From: Amoebophrya sp. A120
Lineage: Eukaryota > Protista > Dinoflagellata
Length of the DNA: 64,000 nt
Reading direction: 5' to 3'
NCBI GenBank assembly: GCA_905178155.1
Contig: CAJINV010000036.1
Coordinates: 51,033 to 115,032, forward strand
This document shows positions 59,201 to 64,000 of this stretch, piece by piece; position 1 is the first letter of the stretch, and every line of letters starts with the position of its first letter. The translations under genes were made by a program, and so were the position numbers. The notes below the pieces were generated by a model, which saw only the letters and a list, made by a program, of their open reading frames with translations, was not told the origin of the DNA and did no database searches.

Positions 59201-62057
59201 CACCTATGGGCAGAAGGTCGCCGGCCTGCGGTCCTCGATCTATCCTATGTAAAAACGTCCCCACCCCCTATGTAAAAACGTCCCCTTCGAAATTTCTCTG
59301 TCTTTAAATTTGGTCTTTTCCAGTACATAAACACCCCAGAGTCAAGATGGGGAATCGGCTAGACAATTCCGCAAGTTTTGGCTGTTTTGCATGACAAACT
59401 TGGACTCGTAGCGTAGTACTGTTTGAGATAGTTCAGCAGCGTCACAGGTCTAGCACATCTTCATGCTGATTGGAGCATAACAAATTCCACAACGCGACGA
59501 GATAACTCTTCTCATGGGGCTTCGCATGAGAAACATTTTCAGCATGCTGATTTGCATTACAGCTATGGGGTGGGGACGTTTTTAAATGCGATACGATCGT
59601 GACCTTCTTCATGAAGTACGACTTGAACGACAGCAAGCACCGCATCAAGGTGATGCACCTGCTGCAGGACCACCTGGAGAAGCACCGCAGCATGTACCCG
59701 CACCGCTGGGGTTCCCTGTCGAAGGATTCCGGCGGCGACCCGGACGGCAAGGCTGACGACTCGTTTGTGGTCGCCCGCTTCTTCCCCAACGCGGATCGCG
59801 ATGAGAACATGAACGACTACTTGCAACACCACTTGCTCTTCGTCTACATCGCAACAATTATTTCCTGTGTCGTTTTCATGCACCCCTTCTATGGCACCTT
59901 GACGGCCGTCTTCTTGATGCTCACCATGATGCAAATCCAAGGACTCATGAGCGCTTTCGGAATGAACTTAGGTACAGTGAATAACTTTAACTTCTGTTCT
60001 TATTTAGCGTCTCTTGTACTACGCGCCGTCGTCGGCTCTGCACATCGCATGCTAACTATAATACGGTTAACGAGCATGGTACTTGCAGTGCAGCTGGACA
60101 GTGAAGAAAGAATCTGAATCGTGGCCGCAGCACCGCACTAACACAATTTCAATTGTCCTCCCGCGGCAATAGCTGCATGTCGTGGTCAACTTAATTTCTG
60201 TGTAACCTACCCACTCCACAGATATCGTGACGTTCGCGGTTTTGGTGATGGCATATCGAAATCAAAATCTTTTTCACTCCGGTTCACGCTACAGGCACAC
60301 AGATACAATGATAGAGACGCATGGCTGTTGACAGTGATAAGTATTTATTCTCCGGCAAGGGAACGAAGATTTTTCTACTCTATGTAGACGAGTACTTGTT
60401 GTGTGGCAGGACGAGTGATAATGAAAGATTTTCAGTTTCATACGTTGATGGGCTTCGCGATTGAGTACGTGGTCCACATCGCGCATGCCTCTATCCAGAC
60501 ATCAATTTTGTCGGTGTACTGCTTTGCTTCGTATCTTGCATGCGTAGAAAATTCCCATTTTTGGCATGCCAGATGCGCCATGAAGAACAGGATTTACTTG
60601 CTTGATCGTGCCTGGCGGGACATCGTAGAGCGGCTAGGTTGTCGGTAGCTGCGAGCAGCGGCTAGGCAGTAGACCGTATCAAACTGCATCGATGGCGATG
60701 GGAATAAAGCGAGGCATACTAGTACAACTACCACGCTTTTTACATTGCACAACCGTCTTGCACTGCCAGGGTCGTGGGTTGGAGCGCACGAAAAACGCCC
60801 AGGAAGAAATGGGCCTGACGGTGTTTTCCGCATTTCTCTCCACCGCAGTTCAGCAGATCTATGGCGCTGCACAACTCTCTCTGTTCCTTTTCATTTTCAG
60901 TAAGTAGTTCTTCAAAACGCCAGCCCCAGCGAGTGCAGTTTTTGAGTCGGTTAGCTGCTGGCACTGTTTGAAGGATAACGTTGCAGAAAACCGAATAGGA
61001 GTAAGTTGTACAAGAACCCGTGTGTGACTTTCCGTAACATTTTTATGCACAAATTTTTGCATCACACATGGGTGGCGCATCACCTCTGTTGCTCGTCTTC
61101 ATCATGCCCTTCACAACATGCATGCGGAGCAGGGGAAGTTCTGCAATCGGATAGGATTGTACTGCTGTTTATGAACTCCAGTTTGGTGTTCGAGACGTAC
61201 TCCGGCACCATGATGTTGGTGATCATCAAGAGTGGTATGACCGGTTTCCTCCTTGTCCCCTCGCTGCTGGGGCTTCTGGACATGGGAATGGAAAAGTTCT
61301 TCCCGCAGATGGAGGGTATCCAGTGCAAATAATATATCTGGGTTTGGAAGAATGCAAGAGGTTCTTCGTCATGCTTGTCTCAGATGAAAACTTGAATCTG
61401 TAATGCGTGAACAGGAAAAAAACCGCACCGCTTGCCTGTCGAGCAAAACTGCAATTCTCCATGCGCAAAGCGAAAGAACGCAAATGAGCACAGAAACTTG
61501 TCATGCGTGGCTGCGTATAATTGCAGAGGTCCGCCCACCATGATTCACAAACTAGCATGATCACGAGGCGCGTTTGTGGTTTCAGTCGTTTTAAGCATCA
61601 CAAGCTTCCAAACATATTTGCAATGCATAGAGGGCGGCATGGCGCAATCTCGGAGAAGAAGCTTGGAAAGCGTGGACGCCTATTGCCATGAAAAATCCCC
61701 CTTCCCCATATCAAAACGGAAATCTGTGATGCAGATTTGGGGTCACAAATCAGCTCTGTGATGCTAGAAGGCAAAAGATGCGGACTGTAGTGCTGTCTAG
61801 CGTGGGAAAGCCTTGCAACTCCAGGATGACAGGAGGCAACTGGAAGTGGGAAACAGCATGACAGATTACCTGCAATTTAGGCCGCAGCTTCGTCTCTTGG
61901 CCTTCTAGCAATACAAGTCGATTTGTGTACTCAAATACAGCATCACAAATTCGCGCATCTTCCGTTTCCGATATGGGGTGGGGGCTTTTTTCACTTTGAT
62001 AACGCCCTCACCCCGAAAAACCTCGAAGAGCTCCAGAAGGTCGCAGAGGCCGCGTAA
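47300..62057 (+). CDS. Patched/NPC1-family (RND, sterol-sensing domain) membrane protein, >25 exons
   Basis: N-terminal TM after GQAYGRQAVRRP; SSD-like LMLAVVVDYDIILVRAF..EDRVAVA..SVSMLVGVAAFALGSF.DLPVLTYFC; C-terminal VLVMAMGFAIEYVVHIAHA, ERTKNAQEEMGLTVFSAFLST, GFLLVPSLL. Some junctions in 49400-53730 unresolved. Confidence 0.88.
47813..48216. mobile_element. Degenerate introner
   Basis: TATCGTAATGA / TCATCACCATA; flanks CAGTC/CGGTC; in frame. Confidence 0.7.
48284..48643. mobile_element. Degenerate introner
   Basis: TATCATAATGAAAA / TTTTCACTTTGATA; flanks AAGGA/AAAGA; in frame. Confidence 0.7.
49100..49319. mobile_element. Degenerate introner
   Basis: TATCCCGCAGACATCTA / TAGATTTCGGCGGGATA; flanks CAACT/CAGCG. 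Confidence 0.68.
49740..50001. mobile_element. Introner family H
   Basis: TIR ...CTCAAACGTTACAATCTCAAAC / GTTTGAGATTGTAACACTTGAG...; TSD TACCA; left end TAA variant. Confidence 0.85.
52097..52445. mobile_element. Degenerate introner
   Basis: TATCACAGAGAAAA / TTTTCTCTGGCATA; flanks CTCTC/TTTTC; in frame. Confidence 0.65.
52508..52759. mobile_element. Introner family A
   Basis: TSD CAGTG. Confidence 0.93.
53797..54075. mobile_element. Introner family B (reverse-complement sister of 16777)
   Basis: TSD GCGGC. Confidence 0.93.
54571..54827. mobile_element. Introner family A
   Basis: Flanks GTTGA/GCTGA. Confidence 0.9.
54889..55094. mobile_element. Introner family I
   Basis: TIR AAACACCCTCACAATCAC / GTGATTGTGATGGTGTTT; TSD ACAAG. 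Confidence 0.87.
55729..55980. mobile_element. Introner family A (reverse to 52508)
   Basis: 30-bp TIR; TSD CTATG. Confidence 0.94.
56052..56373. mobile_element. Introner family J
   Basis: TIR TATCGAAAGGAAAAATCCCCCCTCCCCATAT; flanks AGGAC/AGGAT. Confidence 0.9.
56664..56957. mobile_element. Introner, J-related
   Basis: TATTACAAGGAAAAATGCCCCCACCCC / GGGGTGGGGGCGTTTTTCACTGTAATA; TSD GGATG. Confidence 0.9.
57023..57284. mobile_element. Introner family A
   Basis: TSD CGCAG. Confidence 0.93.
58313..58564. mobile_element. Introner family A (reverse to 52508)
   Basis: TSD AAATC. Confidence 0.93.
58808..59128. mobile_element. Introner family J (reverse to 56052)
   Basis: TSD GGGGA. Confidence 0.92.
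59241..59593. mobile_element. Chimeric family-B-bodied introner
   Basis: TSD CGATC; variant TIR with duplicated left end. Confidence 0.88.
60254..60442. mobile_element. Degenerate introner
   Basis: TATCGAAATCAAAATCTTT / AAAGATTTTCAGTTTCATA; restores VMA-MGFAIEY. Confidence 0.7.
60860..61153. mobile_element. Degenerate introner, F-like
   Basis: TATGGCGCTGCACAACT / AGTTCTGCAATCGGATA; flanks AGATC/GGATT. Confidence 0.65.
61317..61629. mobile_element. Introner, A-like
   Basis: TSD GAGGG. Confidence 0.87.
61681..62001. mobile_element. Introner family J
   Basis: TSD ACGCC. Confidence 0.9.
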
Positions 62058-63823
62058 ATTTCATCTGAACACCTGGAAATTTTTTTTTACCATCTTGCAC
62101 GCTCCCAAGCAAGAAACTTGTGAAGCTTTAGATCAACAACTAAATCAGTAGGTAGAAGTACATTATTTTCATCGACTAGGCGTATCCGGAGAACCCGGTT
62201 CCACTGAAGACGAAAACAAATGAAGTAACGCCTGTGCACCACGCTTCGAATGTGCAATTGCCTGCGTTTCGGCAATATAAAGAACTGTGAGTTTCCTGCG
62301 CCTTTTTCTTGTTTCTATTTCCAGAGCTAAAGCAAACGGGGCACATAACAACACCATGACTTGTTCATCTAGTGCACAGATGCATGTAATAGAAAAATAT
62401 ACTAAAGTAGAAGCTTCTTATAAATAATTCCAATATTTATATTTTCAAGTTAGTTCTGCAAAAGTAACAACAGCAGTCACAAAATAAACAAAATTTTTAA
62501 GCACTCAAATCTGAAAAACAAAATCATTAATAAAACCACAACGACAACGCCAGAGCCAGTCAAAGGCGAAGATACAGATACGATGAAATATTAGATCAAG
62601 TAAAAGCATATTTGTTGAAACTGCTCTATTAGAAAGTGAAAGAATACTATCGGGATTACTTACCAAGACATCAACTCTCATGTTAGTGGTCCACTTGTTT
62701 GCCACTACATGACAAAGACCCCCTCGTCTATGCAGGTCCCGTGCCCGGCGATCCTGGGGCGGAAATTGGGGAAATGCCTAAGGGATCTTGGTACGGCAGC
62801 AGTCATACTGTACGCCGTAAACTACGGCAATACATGACAAAGACGCATGTCGTGGACGATGTTCAAAATAAATTGCAGACTCGATCCGTTGATTGTGATT
62901 CCAAATCATCATACATGCGATGGAAATTGATCAATGAGTTATGATGTGTGGTCGGAAAAAATAGAAAAAGATCATCAGGAGAGAACGTGACTCGAAGGTG
63001 TTGGTGGTGGGTTGGCATGGGGAGAGTTGTTCGTGTGGAGGGGGGGAAGGATTATATACTCGCCCTATTCAGACAGATCACTCAGACAGATGGTTGCCTA
63101 TATATTCTCCCGGCCGGCGCCCGCCATCGGATCCAAGTGTCCGATAGCATGAATTAAGTATTGGTCATAATTATCCGCGAAATTTATCATCCGGTGGGAC
63201 CATGAGCAGCACATCGTTTAATTTGTTATCCCATTCATATGCTGATCTTTCGTCAAATAGTTCGAATGGTATTAATCACATAACATATTACAGTAATCTT
63301 TCGGAATTCTTACCGAAAAATTTGGTCTTACTTTCGAATGGAACAGGATTGGATTTGATCTTGCCGTCGGGTTGTGTCTGTGGCGTGGGTCCTGGGATTG
63401 GGCCGATTGTCGGACCGCCTCCCTTCGGCACCTGGCAAACATGAGGGGGGCGAGCCGCTCGCTCCTGTCCAATGGCTTCCCGTTGAAGTTTCTATTTGTG
63501 TGAAACTCAACAACCACAACCTCAATTTGTAGAAGTTGTGAAGTCGGAAAATGAAAATGATCTGTCAAAAAGGGTGAGACCACCCCAAAACAATCATGTG
63601 TTTTTTTTTTTTGTGTGTTCTGGTGGAGTCAATTTTTTGATGAGATCTATTAATTTTTCACCCCTAGAAAGTCATTCAAGTGAGTATTTTCACATCGAAT
63701 AATGAGACCCTGACGCTCTGAGACCTAAACCAACGAATCACGACGGCAGCGCGGTTTTCTTGTGTTTAGAATGAGGGGAAAAAAATACGCATAGCGTCGT
63801 GATTTCGCTTTGTGGATTTTTTT

Positions 63824-64000
63824 GGGGGATCCGCCCGCTCCCCGGGGATCCGCCTTCGCCCAGGGGATCCGCCCGTTGCCCGGGGATCCGCCCGCTCCCC
63901 GAGGATCCGCCCGCTTCCCGGGGATCCGCCTTCCCGCAGGGGATCCGCCCGCTCCCCGAGGATCCGCCCGTTCCCCGGGGATCCGCCTTCGCCCAGGGGA
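63824..64000. repeat. 19-bp GC-rich minisatellite (GGATCCGCCCGCTCCCCGG consensus), runs off the window
   Basis: GGATCC recurs at 63827, 63846, 63865... for nine units. Confidence 0.95.

Noticed and set aside
1-64000. Autonomous transposase, tRNA, rRNA or snRNA genes
   Set aside because: None recognisable by eye; the mobilising enzyme must be encoded elsewhere.

Overview
Eukaryotic nuclear DNA. Gene content, all-same-strand organisation and intron style fit a parasitic dinoflagellate (Syndiniales, most likely Amoebophrya; inferred, not looked up). I reconstruct 11 co-oriented + strand genes: DnaJ membrane protein, cold-shock-domain repeat protein, GT61-like protein, lariat debranching enzyme DBR1, RPE, FKBP-TPR, SAM methyltransferase, HtrL/YibB-like protein, an unknown protein, a YHYH/TSP1 surface protein and a Patched/NPC1-family transporter. 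The dominant signal is ~48 short (140-570 bp) non-autonomous transposon-like 'introner' elements from about 10 distinct TIR families. Almost all read TAT...ATA and have terminal inverted repeats and a 5-bp target duplication. All but one sit in coding sequence, where removing the element plus 5 nt restores the frame. They occur in both orientations, often with no possible GT-AG register, share an internal TTGTNATGC motif across families, cluster 30-70 nt apart, and show an age series ending in ordinary GT-AG introns. Also present: a retroposon-like insert nested in an introner, a 1.2-kb GC-rich element with an 11-bp duplication, a duplicated signal-peptide exon with an in-frame TGA, and a 19-bp minisatellite at the right edge. 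All coordinates were read by eye, with no transcript or database evidence.
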